This document shows, piece by piece, positions 35,056 through 44,288 of a stretch of 44,288 nucleotides of DNA (the stretch's first letter is position 1; every line of letters starts with the position of its first letter). Source of the stretch: a virus. Lineage: Duplodnaviria > Caudoviricetes. Position numbers and translations under genes: made by a program. The stretch covers positions 1 to 44,288 of the IMG/VR virus record IMGVR_UViG_3300043184_000101, one strand, 5' to 3'. The notes beneath the pieces are model-generated. The model saw only the letters and a program-made list of their open reading frames with translations, made no database searches and had not been told where the DNA came from.

Positions 35056-38000
35056 TTAGGCTGTTGGACGAGTAGAACGCAACTTACCAACAAAACGGAT
35101 TTGTCTGATAGGATGATTAGCAAAACTGCCATCAGCTTTTTTAACATAAACACGTCTAGCACAGTCAAGAATACGCATATAGCGAACATCATGAGGCTGA
35201 ATAGTCGTATTGCCTCCACCATTAGGAGCAAATTGACCAACATAGGGACCAAACATCTGCATTGGTAAACCCAAAGCATATTTAACAGGGCTTGCTTTGT
35301 AAATAAATGAGCGTCTCGCTCCTGAATATAAACCACCGTTGACTTGAACAGCTGCTATGGGGCCTGGGATGTTTCCTATTTTTACACCTTTGCTATAGTT
35401 TGGCAGGAACTCAACACCGGCAGGGGATTTTTGTTGCTCAAATAAATCAGCAATAGCAAAAGCACCCCTTGCAATTTGAGTGTGCATCATCCAAGTGTCT
35501 GCTTCTACAAGGTTTGGTTCGCTTGCCATATCTGCTGATATTCCCATTGCTAAGCTTATCAACCCTGCGTAGGTTTCTTGTATTGATTCATTTTCATTAC
35601 CACCTAAATCAAACTCATAGTAGTTACTACCATCATTGAACCAGTATTCATTAATGGTTGGGCGTGTGTTTTGATCAAATCCACTATCTTGGGTAAATCC
35701 AATAAACCCTTCGTTATGAACAGCAAATGTAGGTGTTTGTCCTGGTACTTTGGGAACAATGTTAAGGAATTGGTCAAATTCTCCCTCTATTTGTGGTGTG
35801 TTACCAGGATTGCCAACCCTGGTAGGATAAAGAGTTGTATATTCCTCAATATTGTCGTCGTCTACGGATAAATCAGGTTGAGCAACTAGGACTATTCTAG
35901 GGTGGTCTGCATTATCTCCAGCATAAGCAGCTCCTCCAGCATAACCAGTTTTAAGCTTACAAGCCCCATAAACATTATTTCCTAGCTTAACATCACCAAT
36001 CTGTCCATCTAATTTAACTACTACATTGCCATTGTTAGACCAGAACCATTGTTCTGCTGCTACCACTTCTTGAGGCGCTTTAACTCTACCTTGTTCGTCA
36101 GCAGCATATTGGAATTGGTCATAAATCATTCTACTAGTCTTATTAGCCATATCTCTACTTGTATGAAGTATTAACCCAGCTAATGAATCGTACGATACGG
36201 TTCCACTTTCTAATTGCCATTCTAGTTCTTGTGGTAACCTAAAACCTATTGCTCTCATAAAAGTAAAGATTTTTTGATAGCGAAGTGTGGTTTTTGCCTC
36301 TCCAATGCTTTCATTAGCACGGACTTCATAGTAACGACGAGTAGTACCAGGAGCAGGAGGTTCATATCCTTCTAATGGAATTTTGAACATTCTACCCATT
36401 TGTTTAGCGAATTGGGGGCCATAAACTTCTGCAAACTGCATTCCATCAGTAAACAAAATAAACTCTCTTAATATTGCTCTAGCTATAACGCCTTCTTGAT
36501 TACGCAAATCACCACCATCTATCAATAAAGCTTCGTCTAATGCTGCTCCGGTAGATTTCATTAGTTTGCGCCTAAAAGCTGGTTGAGTCTCTACGTAACT
36601 AAGAACTTCCTCAGCAAAGCCTTTTTGAGCGTCACTCGCATAGCTAGAGCGTTTTAATAGTTCACGTTCTTTGCTTTCTTTAGCTCTAGTAATAGCTTTA
36701 TCTAAAGCATCAGCGGCAGGTCTCCAACTACGATCAGCCTCGTCTTGTGCAACTTCTGCTCTTACTGTATTTCCAAAGATACCAGGAGCTATTCCACTTT
36801 TAAGTGACTCTGTTCTAGCGCTATCTAAAACACTCAAATCATTAATAATGGAGCGTTTAGCCTCATCAACACTAGCTTTAGAGCGAGCATTATCTAAAAC
36901 AGTTTGTAATGTGCGTTCTGGATAATTAGTTAAGCGTCTGCCTTCAATTTGACCTGATTTTTCTATTTCTTTAACGGAGTCAGTAACAGCTTGGCGAGCT
37001 TGTGATGCTTGTTTAGCTTTAGTTTCTTGTTCATCACGAGCAGCTTGAGTTTTCTTTAGTTCTGTTACTTCTTTGGTAATATCGTCTAATGCTGATAAGG
37101 TTTTGTTTAACATAGAGTTAAGTTGCTCTGTAGAGTTGGGATCTTGTGTTTTAGCTGTAGGAGTAGGCACACTACCAGGCTTAGGCGCACTATCCAAAGC
37201 GGCTTTGATTTTATTTACCATGTCCATAACGGCTTCGGGTTTTTTCATATCCTCAGCAATATTTGCATTATCTGTTTCACTAGAAGCACTATCACTTGTT
37301 GTTGGCATTGAGCCTTTAACGTGCATTTCTAGTGATATAATGGCTTCTTGGTTTAAATAACCACCTTTAGCCATACCTAAAATTTCTTCCATAGTCATCA
37401 TAGAGTTGTCTCCTATTGCTATCTTGTTAATATTATTAGAGTTATTGAATACAGGTTGTTTTAATGAAAGGATTAGTTTTTTGCTGGTACAACAACTTTT
37501 ACCACAATTACCCTGGCAATCTGTTGCTGCTTTTTTATTTGTATTAGATTGATTTATGCCATCAGACGTATAAGTTTTGAGTGTTTTAGCATGAGGAACA
37601 GCAGGGTTCTTTACCCTATCACCACCATCAAAGCGGCCTATTTGACAAACCCTATGATCGTCATACTCAACACAGCCATCTAAGATTGCTCTCAGTGAAA
37701 AATAAAGGTCTTCTTTTTGAGCTAGTTCTGCTAATTTATTTCCAGAGTCAGTAGGGAAGTACTCAATAGTAGCTTTGCCTTGTTTAGTGTCTTTGTCATA
37801 CCAAAGCTTGCGAAACACAAATGCTGGTTCTAACTCGCTATAATCGAAGCCAACTACATTTTCTTGCTCATCATAAACTGGTTTTGGATGCCCATTATAA
37901 CCAATCATTAACCCTAAATTGACATATTCTTGGGCTAGTTCAATGGTTTGCTCCATTGACTGGGCTGTGTAAGCTGTATCATTTAAGTTGATAAAATCAG

Positions 38001-38136
38001 CTTCTGTTAAGATTATGTCGCTATAAACACCATCTAAAGCTACTTTGTCGGGCTTGTTTTGTTTATGAAAAGAGCTTGTTATTGCAGCACATTGTTTATT
38101 AGTGCTTGCTGATAGTTTTGTTATTGGGTTGGGCAT
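35056..38136 (-). CDS. Fused prohead protease-scaffold-major capsid protein
   Basis: N-terminal GYNGHP, FSLRA and DRVKNPAVPHA resemble T4 gp21-type protease motifs; coiled-coil middle; large C-terminal region at the capsid position, followed by a hairpin. Confidence 0.8.
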   Translation of the reverse strand: MPNPITKLSASTNKQCAAITSSFHKQNKPDKVALDGVYSDIILTEADFINLNDTAYTAQSMEQTIELAQEYVNLGLMIGYNGHPKPVYDEQENVVGFDYSELEPAFVFRKLWYDKDTKQGKATIEYFPTDSGNKLAELAQKEDLYFSLRAILDGCVEYDDHRVCQIGRFDGGDRVKNPAVPHAKTLKTYTSDGINQSNTNKKAATDCQGNCGKSCCTSKKLILSLKQPVFNNSNNINKIAIGDNSMMTMEEILGMAKGGYLNQEAIISLEMHVKGSMPTTSDSASSETDNANIAEDMKKPEAVMDMVNKIKAALDSAPKPGSVPTPTAKTQDPNSTEQLNSMLNKTLSALDDITKEVTELKKTQAARDEQETKAKQASQARQAVTDSVKEIEKSGQIEGRRLTNYPERTLQTVLDNARSKASVDEAKRSIINDLSVLDSARTESLKSGIAPGIFGNTVRAEVAQDEADRSWRPAADALDKAITRAKESKERELLKRSSYASDAQKGFAEEVLSYVETQPAFRRKLMKSTGAALDEALLIDGGDLRNQEGVIARAILREFILFTDGMQFAEVYGPQFAKQMGRMFKIPLEGYEPPAPGTTRRYYEVRANESIGEAKTTLRYQKIFTFMRAIGFRLPQELEWQLESGTVSYDSLAGLILHTSRDMANKTSRMIYDQFQYAADEQGRVKAPQEVVAAEQWFWSNNGNVVVKLDGQIGDVKLGNNVYGACKLKTGYAGGAAYAGDNADHPRIVLVAQPDLSVDDDNIEEYTTLYPTRVGNPGNTPQIEGEFDQFLNIVPKVPGQTPTFAVHNEGFIGFTQDSGFDQNTRPTINEYWFNDGSNYYEFDLGGNENESIQETYAGLISLAMGISADMASEPNLVEADTWMMHTQIARGAFAIADLFEQQKSPAGVEFLPNYSKGVKIGNIPGPIAAVQVNGGLYSGARRSFIYKASPVKYALGLPMQMFGPYVGQFAPNGGGNTTIQPHDVRYMRILDCARRVYVKKADGSFANHPIRQIRFVGKLRSTRPTA

Positions 38137-38139
38137 TGC

Positions 38140-39510
38140 TTATTCTTGAGGTTGCGGAGTTGGAGGAGTTGGAGCAATGAGATTATTTGGCTGTTGAGTG
38201 TTTATTTGCTCAAGCTCACGAGTTCCTTCATCAACTTTGCTAATTAAGTAGTAAGAGCCACGAAGTTGACGAGCTTCTGCTAAAGTCACAAGACCAAGCT
38301 TAAAGTCTTCGCGAGATTGTTGGACTCTGCGCTCCATCTCAGATTCAGTCATTTGATCATCAAAAATAACCTCATAACTTACCTGATTGGGTGAAATATC
38401 TTCCAATGATAAAGATAAATCGTGCAATGGTTTATAGTGATTAGTGACTAAACCACGAGCAATTTTCCTTTGATGTGCATAAGCTTCTTTGCGAGTTTCA
38501 TCAAGGGTAAAGCGGTTTCCTGTTACATTCCACCCTAATAACTGGCGTGATATTCCTGTAAGTACAAGAACGGCATCAAGCATAAACTCTATGTCTTTAA
38601 GCTCTCCTTGTTGTGGGTCACCACCTTTTACAGCTACTTCTATGTTATTGGTAAAAACATCATCAAATGGGCTTATTTGCCCACCTTTTTGAATGTGTAC
38701 CAAACGAGATAAGTTTTTCTTGATGCTTTGAAACAAACTGGCTGCAATGCCTTTTCCTGTTGGCCCCAAGATGTTGAGATGACGGAATGGTTGATTGGCT
38801 AGTCTTCTGGGTAATAAACTCCTTAAAGCGGCAATAGAGTCTTTTGATAGGCTACGACCAGGAAAAAGCAGAGCATTGCCATAGCGTTGACCAGGCCGAT
38901 GTCTCCATCTCCAATGCATTATTTGTGATTGATAAAAGTAATCTGCCTCTCTATCAGTGTCAGAAGTACGAAAAATAAATGCTTTTTGAGGGTCAATAAA
39001 CTGGTCTCTTGCATCAGTGTTGCGGATCATTGCCTCTGTTGGCATATCGCGCACAGCAACTATTTGACCAGTATAATCTACTACTGGTTGAAGATAAGAG
39101 TCTCCAAATCCTACAGCAGAAAAGGCAAATGATGATGCATACTCTTCCAAACGACATTGTTCTTTGAGTCTTTGAAAGTTGCGTTCAGCTCTGTAGCCTA
39201 TTTCATCTGTAGCAGCATCCTTAATTGTTACTGTGTAGCCATTACTAACCGCGTCTTCTGCCAGCTTGATTAGTGCAGCTAAAACTACTGGATTATCTGC
39301 ATAAATTTCTAGCAATTCTTTGATAAGACTACGCCTAGAGTAAGGCTGATTATGTTTGCGGTTAACCGCATCAGTCTCAGGGTCAGACATCAAGTAACCC
39401 TGCTCAGATGTTTGCTGATCAGGGTTCCAACGAGTCATTATCTTCCAGGCACGCTCCAAACGCGCTTTGATGAGGTTAACTTTTGGTTGTGTTTCTAAAT
39501 CAAATGGCAT
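38140..39510 (-). CDS. Portal protein
   Basis: 456 aa between terL and capsid; NPVVLAAL, GFGDSYL, QIMHWR, YGNALL, TGISRQLLG portal-like motifs. Confidence 0.85.
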   Translation of the reverse strand: MPFDLETQPKVNLIKARLERAWKIMTRWNPDQQTSEQGYLMSDPETDAVNRKHNQPYSRRSLIKELLEIYADNPVVLAALIKLAEDAVSNGYTVTIKDAATDEIGYRAERNFQRLKEQCRLEEYASSFAFSAVGFGDSYLQPVVDYTGQIVAVRDMPTEAMIRNTDARDQFIDPQKAFIFRTSDTDREADYFYQSQIMHWRWRHRPGQRYGNALLFPGRSLSKDSIAALRSLLPRRLANQPFRHLNILGPTGKGIAASLFQSIKKNLSRLVHIQKGGQISPFDDVFTNNIEVAVKGGDPQQGELKDIEFMLDAVLVLTGISRQLLGWNVTGNRFTLDETRKEAYAHQRKIARGLVTNHYKPLHDLSLSLEDISPNQVSYEVIFDDQMTESEMERRVQQSREDFKLGLVTLAEARQLRGSYYLISKVDEGTRELEQINTQQPNNLIAPTPPTPQPQE

Positions 39511-39520
39511 TGGCGATTAG

Positions 39521-41560
39521 TTAATAGCTTATTTCAATGAGCTTAAGAGTTCCAGCAATTGCATCTCTGGCCTCATCTTCTAAAGATTGCAGATTAACGA
39601 TTTGTGACCAAATTCCTCCATTGCCTTGTAAGTAGTCAGCAAAAACTACTTTATGAGTGGCTATTGGAGAGGCTAAAGCGGCTATGTGGTAGCTTTGTTT
39701 ATCATTTGGTAGTTGTATTGGCATCAATGGCAATGGGTTTTCTTCTTTGATATTTTCAATTTCTACAGATTCAAAGTCAGATAAAAATAGTTCAAACACC
39801 TTTTCATCAACTGCTACAACCTCAAATGGTCGTTTTTTATGCAATGACCAGAACTTTTCTATTGCTTCACGAGGATGCACAGCTTTTCTCCATACTTCGG
39901 CCACATATTTAGTAGGAGTAATTTGATAGTCATCACTTTTTTCTATCCATACTCTGGCTATTGCGGAGGCTGTAGCTTGTGTGCTGATGGAGAGGAAAGC
40001 GAAGTCTCTCATTTTATCTAAGTTAATAGAAGTACCAAGGTTAGCACCTCTAGTAAGATATAATTTATTTCCAATTAATTTGAATAAAGAACAGTTTTCA
40101 ACAGCCATTTCATAACTATCAGGTTCATTTAATGCATGGAAGCTACCAGATAAAGCATCAGCTTGGTCTTTGTGAGCAGAAAAAGGAAAGTTTTCTAGTT
40201 CTTTAAGTGCTGCCTCATTCCAATCGCCACGAAGTATTTTGATATTGCCAACAGCAGCTTGAGCGCTTACAGGTTCTGCTCGGCTAACTTTATCTGCCCA
40301 AGGTGGTATTCCTTTTACGCTGTAACCGCTTAAGACTGAGCGAGCATAATGGTCTACTAAATGTTTCCCAGCAGAGGCTTTCTCTTGTTCTATTCTTATT
40401 CCTACACCATAGCCATCTCGGCTTGCTGTAGTTTTTATTACTCTCTCGATTTCAGCAGGTTCACCTTGTTTTCTTACTATATCTAGTATGTAGTAAAAAC
40501 CAGTACGCTTATCTTTACCAAGTAGCAACCCAACAGTGTAATCAGGGTCAGAGCCTGCTTTAGGACTGGTACAAGCTAAATCCCAAAACCTTACTTTTAT
40601 TAAATTAGCTGGTACGGCATCTACAACATCAAAATATTCTCGTTTGAATAGCCCACCACCTTTTGGGGATGGCCTTTGCTGGTATTGTGCGGCGTATCCA
40701 TAAGGATCTCGGCGTTTTTCTCGCTCTATAAACTCAGGAGGAAAACGCTCTGGCCAAAGTAGTTCACCTGCTTTTGTACGAGGGTCAGACCATCCAATTG
40801 ATGTTTTTCTAGTTTCAGGCTCGTACTCGCTACGGATGCAAAGATGCTCCCAACCACCTTCTTTCAATACCTCATTACAAAGGTCACGCTCGTGAACCCT
40901 TTGCATTATCAAGACTATAGCACCAGTTTGAGAATCATTAAGGCGGCTAGGAATAGCTCCATAAGCGTCTATTGCTGATTGTAATTCTGCTGTAGAGTTA
41001 GCGTCTTTAACATCGTGAGGGTCATCTATAATGATGGTATCAGCACCTTTTCCTGTTACCCCTCCATCAATGGAAACAGCTTGTCTTGTTCCTTGAAAGC
41101 TATTATCAAACTTACTTTTTACATTTTGGTCTCCTGTTAATGAAAAGCTTTTTGACCAGTTTTCTTGATACCATTCGCTTTGTATTAACCTGCGGCATTT
41201 AACCGATAATTCAAGAGCTAAATTAAACTCGTGGCTTAAGCATAAAAATCTATGCTCAGGTTGGTCAATCCACATCCAAGCCGGAAAACAGACTGAAGCC
41301 ACTAAGCTTTTCATGTGGCGAGGTGGTATGTTTATTACTAACCTGGTTATTTGTCTATTCTTTACAGCTAAAAGATGCTCACATACAGCATCAATAGACC
41401 AATTCCAGCTTAATCTCCTTCCAGGTTCTAATACATCCCATGCACCTCTAATAAAGTCCTGTAAACTAGGTGGTTGTGGAGGTGCTAGGCTCAGAATTAG
41501 CTCTAGCTCTTCTTTCTCCTGCTCGCTCAAGTATGGCAATAACTCTGGCAGCAAGTTCAT
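39521..41560 (-). CDS. terL: Terminase large subunit with C-terminal extension (likely start 41560; ORF extends to 41596)
   Basis: Walker A LVINIPPRHMKS, Walker B IIIDDPH, IMQRVHERDL, AQYQQRP, nuclease RFWDLA...KDQADA. Confidence 0.95.
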   Translation of the reverse strand: MNLLPELLPYLSEQEKEELELILSLAPPQPPSLQDFIRGAWDVLEPGRRLSWNWSIDAVCEHLLAVKNRQITRLVINIPPRHMKSLVASVCFPAWMWIDQPEHRFLCLSHEFNLALELSVKCRRLIQSEWYQENWSKSFSLTGDQNVKSKFDNSFQGTRQAVSIDGGVTGKGADTIIIDDPHDVKDANSTAELQSAIDAYGAIPSRLNDSQTGAIVLIMQRVHERDLCNEVLKEGGWEHLCIRSEYEPETRKTSIGWSDPRTKAGELLWPERFPPEFIEREKRRDPYGYAAQYQQRPSPKGGGLFKREYFDVVDAVPANLIKVRFWDLACTSPKAGSDPDYTVGLLLGKDKRTGFYYILDIVRKQGEPAEIERVIKTTASRDGYGVGIRIEQEKASAGKHLVDHYARSVLSGYSVKGIPPWADKVSRAEPVSAQAAVGNIKILRGDWNEAALKELENFPFSAHKDQADALSGSFHALNEPDSYEMAVENCSLFKLIGNKLYLTRGANLGTSINLDKMRDFAFLSISTQATASAIARVWIEKSDDYQITPTKYVAEVWRKAVHPREAIEKFWSLHKKRPFEVVAVDEKVFELFLSDFESVEIENIKEENPLPLMPIQLPNDKQSYHIAALASPIATHKVVFADYLQGNGGIWSQIVNLQSLEDEARDAIAGTLKLIEISY

Positions 41561-41960
41561 CTGCTGAGAGATTTTGTAGTTGGATTGCCCCACCATCTTT
41601 TCCTGTTATTTCTTGTCTAACTTTATCTGAAAAAACTTCTGGCCTACGGTTCTTTAACAAAAACATTGTTGCTGCATCGCTATATTCTGTTTTTGTTCCA
41701 CAAGGAACTCCTTCATAAAAAACATCATTTGTTACACCGTTTATAGCTCTGTCAAAAAGAGCAGATTCTAGGTTATCTAAAGCTTCCCCTATTGCATCAT
41801 CCCAAGCTGTAGCAAACTCTTTATCTTCTTTTCTTTGGTTGTAAACGGTTTGTCTAGAAACACCTATAGATTTAGCTGCTTGACTAACATTAGGGCTAGT
41901 GCGTAAGTAATCTAAAAATTTCTCTTTTTTTTCTACTGTCAACTTTGTAAAGTTTGCCAT
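41466..41960 (-). CDS. terS: Terminase small subunit
   Basis: N-terminal HTH (NVSQAAKSIGVSRQTVY), FATAWDDA, YSDAATMFLLK, EITGKDGGAIQ; overlaps the terL start. Confidence 0.9.
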   Translation of the reverse strand: MANFTKLTVEKKEKFLDYLRTSPNVSQAAKSIGVSRQTVYNQRKEDKEFATAWDDAIGEALDNLESALFDRAINGVTNDVFYEGVPCGTKTEYSDAATMFLLKNRRPEVFSDKVRQEITGKDGGAIQLQNLSADELAARVIAILERAGERRARANSEPSTSTTT

Positions 41961-41978
41961 TGTAAACCTTAAAAATTA

Positions 41979-42002
41979 AAGGTGAGCCAAATGACTCACC
42001 TT
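41979..42002 (-). terminator. Hairpin with U-rich tail immediately upstream of terS
   Basis: Minus strand AAGGTGAGTCA-TT-TGGCTCACCTT followed by TAATTTTT. Confidence 0.55.
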
Positions 42003-42050
42003 ATTTAGTTGTTGTTTGTCATGGAGGATAAATGCAGGCTTCATTAGGGG

Positions 42051-42281
42051 TTAGGGCAGATGACAAGGTGATACTTGATTTGCATCACCTTCAACCAACG
42101 CTAATTGTTTACTTTCTTGATTAATAGCCATTTGGCTAAGGGCGTTGGATTTATCTTTAAGTGAGCTAACAACGCCATTTATCTTGTTTGTTAGCTGACG
42201 TAATTTGTGTAAAAACTTTCTTTGTCTGCGATTAGGTGGCAAAGACAAACTCCTATTTTGTTTGCGAATAAAATTACTCAT
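42051..42281 (-). CDS. Hypothetical protein
   Basis: 76-aa ORF co-directional with the late operon. Confidence 0.5.
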   Translation of the reverse strand: MSNFIRKQNRSLSLPPNRRQRKFLHKLRQLTNKINGVVSSLKDKSNALSQMAINQESKQLALVEGDANQVSPCHLP

Positions 42282-42320
42282 AAACGGCTCTCTATCTCTA
42301 TGATTTATTGATGTTTATCT

Positions 42321-42614
42321 CTATATAGTTGCGTTTGTTGTGTTTGTAGCTATTTGCTCTAGATAGCGTTTAGGCAATTGGCGATGACCAAATGTTTTAT
42401 TTTTCTTTTTGTGATTAGTAGAAGCGATTAAAACAAATGTGCAAATGTGTTGGCTAGTGGCAACTTGATTAGCTTCAACAGGCTTTCTCCATTCATTAGC
42501 GGGAGACGAGTAAATAATCTTTTCAATTAATGCTCCTGTTGGAGAAATAGTATTTTCAAAAGGAAAATAAATCTTCTCTTTGGCATCAGACTTGTTAAAT
42601 CTTTTTCTTGCCAT
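42321..42614 (-). CDS. Hypothetical protein
   Basis: 97-aa ORF, SD GAGGTG. Confidence 0.55.
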   Translation of the reverse strand: MARKRFNKSDAKEKIYFPFENTISPTGALIEKIIYSSPANEWRKPVEANQVATSQHICTFVLIASTNHKKKNKTFGHRQLPKRYLEQIATNTTNATI

Positions 42615-43003
42615 TTAGACACACCTCTAGCTTAATCTAAATCCGCCCTCAACCAGCCTCGAAGCTATATCTTATTGAAAACATTGCTTCTATGGGAGTG
42701 CTTCAACATCCACTTATTTACTCTTAAGTTAATGTTGCAGGTTTATTTAGTTGTAGAGCTTGTTAGTTCAACCAGGCTCCAAAGGGTGTGAGTGTTTAAC
42801 CATTTGTTCTCCAAAAAATTAATATTCAATTTCGCTGGAGAATAGAATGGATTTTTACTTTCGTCAAACAGACAGATTTAATCTTACGCATTATTTCTAG
42901 ATGAGTATAGGAGTTTGTAAATAAAAACAGACAAGTTATTGTATTTTGTAAAGATTTATTCTTGAATATCACTATCTATTTAACTTGATTGTTTGGACAA
43001 GAA

Positions 43004-43561
43004 ATGAGCAAAAAACAGTTATTAAATTTAGATATAATGTCATTAAAAGAGCTAGATATAATGTTTTGCTCTGTAGTATTAAAACAAGATGTAAACCTAA
43101 TAGAATTAAGCAAATACCAAGTATCTAACGGAAGTAAAGAAAGCTGGAAAGTATTGCGACAACATTTAATAAATTGTCATCAAATTCTTACAGCTAAAGC
43201 GCAATTTCGGGTAAATAATGAAGTTAAAGAGAAATATTTTGTGGCGTTTATTTTGGCAGGAAACGATAATCCCACAATAGCATCAGGAGAAACCCAAGCT
43301 CTAGCTACAGTAAAAGCATTGATACTAGCCCATAGTGGTCAATATATGACAAGTCAACAGCTAAAAGAGTTACGGCTTGCAATAAGAAAAAGGAACGGTA
43401 AGCCACTTACCCAAGCTGAATTTGGAGCCAAAACAGGCAATCATACTCAACAATCACAATACGCTTACGAGATAGGAAAAAGACCTGTTCCTAGTTCTCT
43501 TGCTGGGGAAGCTTTTCAGCTATTTCAAAAGTCTATAAGTTCTGTTAATACAACAAGATAA
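43004..43561 (+). CDS. Phage protein: ABA-sandwich-like N-terminal domain fused to an XRE-type HTH
   Basis: C-terminal MTSQQLKELR...LTQAEFG...YAYEIGKRPVP; N-terminal ELD...SWKVL...ETQALATVKALILA; ATG at 43004. Confidence 0.7.
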   Translation: MSKKQLLNLDIMSLKELDIMFCSVVLKQDVNLIELSKYQVSNGSKESWKVLRQHLINCHQILTAKAQFRVNNEVKEKYFVAFILAGNDNPTIASGETQALATVKALILAHSGQYMTSQQLKELRLAIRKRNGKPLTQAEFGAKTGNHTQQSQYAYEIGKRPVPSSLAGEAFQLFQKSISSVNTTR

Positions 43562-43583
43562 TATTTAATAGAGAGGAAAACAA

Positions 43584-43799
43584 ATGATAGTAGAAGCAAT
43601 AGAATTAAAGAAAAAGATAAGTTTAGGAGATTACCCAAACTTATACGCGGGATATCCAGGAGACTTTTTAGCCACAACGGTTAGGGGAAACCAGCTAATT
43701 CTTAGCGAAGAAGTCTACAAGGAACTTCAAGGATTTGGAATAGCTCCAAGAGAAGAAGTTGCTATTAGTTTAAAAGCTGCATTTTTTACTAATAAATAA
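43584..43799 (+). CDS. Hypothetical protein
   Basis: 71-aa ORF, SD GAGAGGA. Confidence 0.6.
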   Translation: MIVEAIELKKKISLGDYPNLYAGYPGDFLATTVRGNQLILSEEVYKELQGFGIAPREEVAISLKAAFFTNK

Positions 43800-43971
43800 A
43801 GCTAAAGCCAATAACCAACTAAGCCCTCCATAAATTAAAGATAACGGCTAAGCACTTTTGATTGGAGTATTTTTCTGTTGAAAGTGCTTTGCCTAACAAT
43901 AAGCTTCATTCTCACACAAAGATAAAATACTAATAAGCCTTTATAAATAAATAATGTAGAAAGAGACAACT

Positions 43972-44288
43972 ATGAATTATAAAATTTACCAAGGTGATTG
44001 TCTAAAAATATTGCCTACACTAGAAAAAGAAAGTGTGGACGCAATAATAACTGATCCGCCATATTCATCAGGAGGACAATCAAGCGCAACTCGTGCAGCT
44101 ATGCCTTCTAAAAAATATGTTCAATCTGGAACAAAAATACAGCGTCCAGATTTCTTTGGCGATAATAAAGACCAAATGAGTTACCTTTATTGGTGTTCGT
44201 TGTGGTTAAGCGAGTGTTTTCGCATTGCAAAAGAAGGTTCTCCAATATGTGTTTTCACCGATTGGAGACAGCTACCTATTACAAGCGT
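43972..44288 (+). CDS. N6/N4 DNA methyltransferase (truncated by the window edge; absent from the ORF track)
   Basis: Translated by hand: MNYKIYQGDCLKIL...VDAIITDPPYSSGG...WLSECFRIAK...VFTDWRQLP. Confidence 0.92.
   Translation, partial: MNYKIYQGDCLKILPTLEKESVDAIITDPPYSSGGQSSATRAAMPSKKYVQSGTKIQRPDFFGDNKDQMSYLYWCSLWLSECFRIAKEGSPICVFTDWRQLPITS

Larger units (their letters stand above)
268..42614 (-). mobile_element. Siphovirus-like prophage/phage late (structural and lysis) module; true phage ends not visible
   Basis: Co-directional terS-terL-portal-capsid-adaptor-tail tube-tape measure-tail tip-lysis gene order; no sheath gene recognised; interrupted at 17738-34030. Confidence 0.93.

Overview
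AT-rich window holding the complete minus-strand morphogenesis and lysis module of a siphovirus-like (pro)phage: terS, terL, portal, protease-scaffold-capsid fusion, adaptors, tail tube paralogs, tape measure, tail tip proteins, holin-like protein and GH19 endolysin. A divergent plus-strand cluster at the right end encodes an HTH protein and a truncated DNA methyltransferase. The operon is split between two head-tail genes by a 16.3-kb insertion (17738-34030). The insertion is bounded by two apparently identical, directly repeated 357-bp non-autonomous elements with 38-bp Tn3-like TIRs, and the whole block is flanked by a 5-bp TSD (TTCTT). Its interior looks like a mobilizable plasmid (wHTH Rep, oriT with IncP-type nic, MobC, relaxase) carrying a Sec-signal Rhs toxin, its immunity gene, a large secreted accessory protein and an orphan CdiI-type immunity gene. 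This is best read as an unresolved MITE-mediated plasmid-prophage cointegrate. An IS4-family element sits in one MITE TIR. By eye, a domain inserted into the Rhs shell resembles the C-terminal domain of a phage tail tip protein. No integrase, att sites, RNA genes or CRISPR arrays were recognised. All family assignments come from motif recognition by eye, not from database searches.
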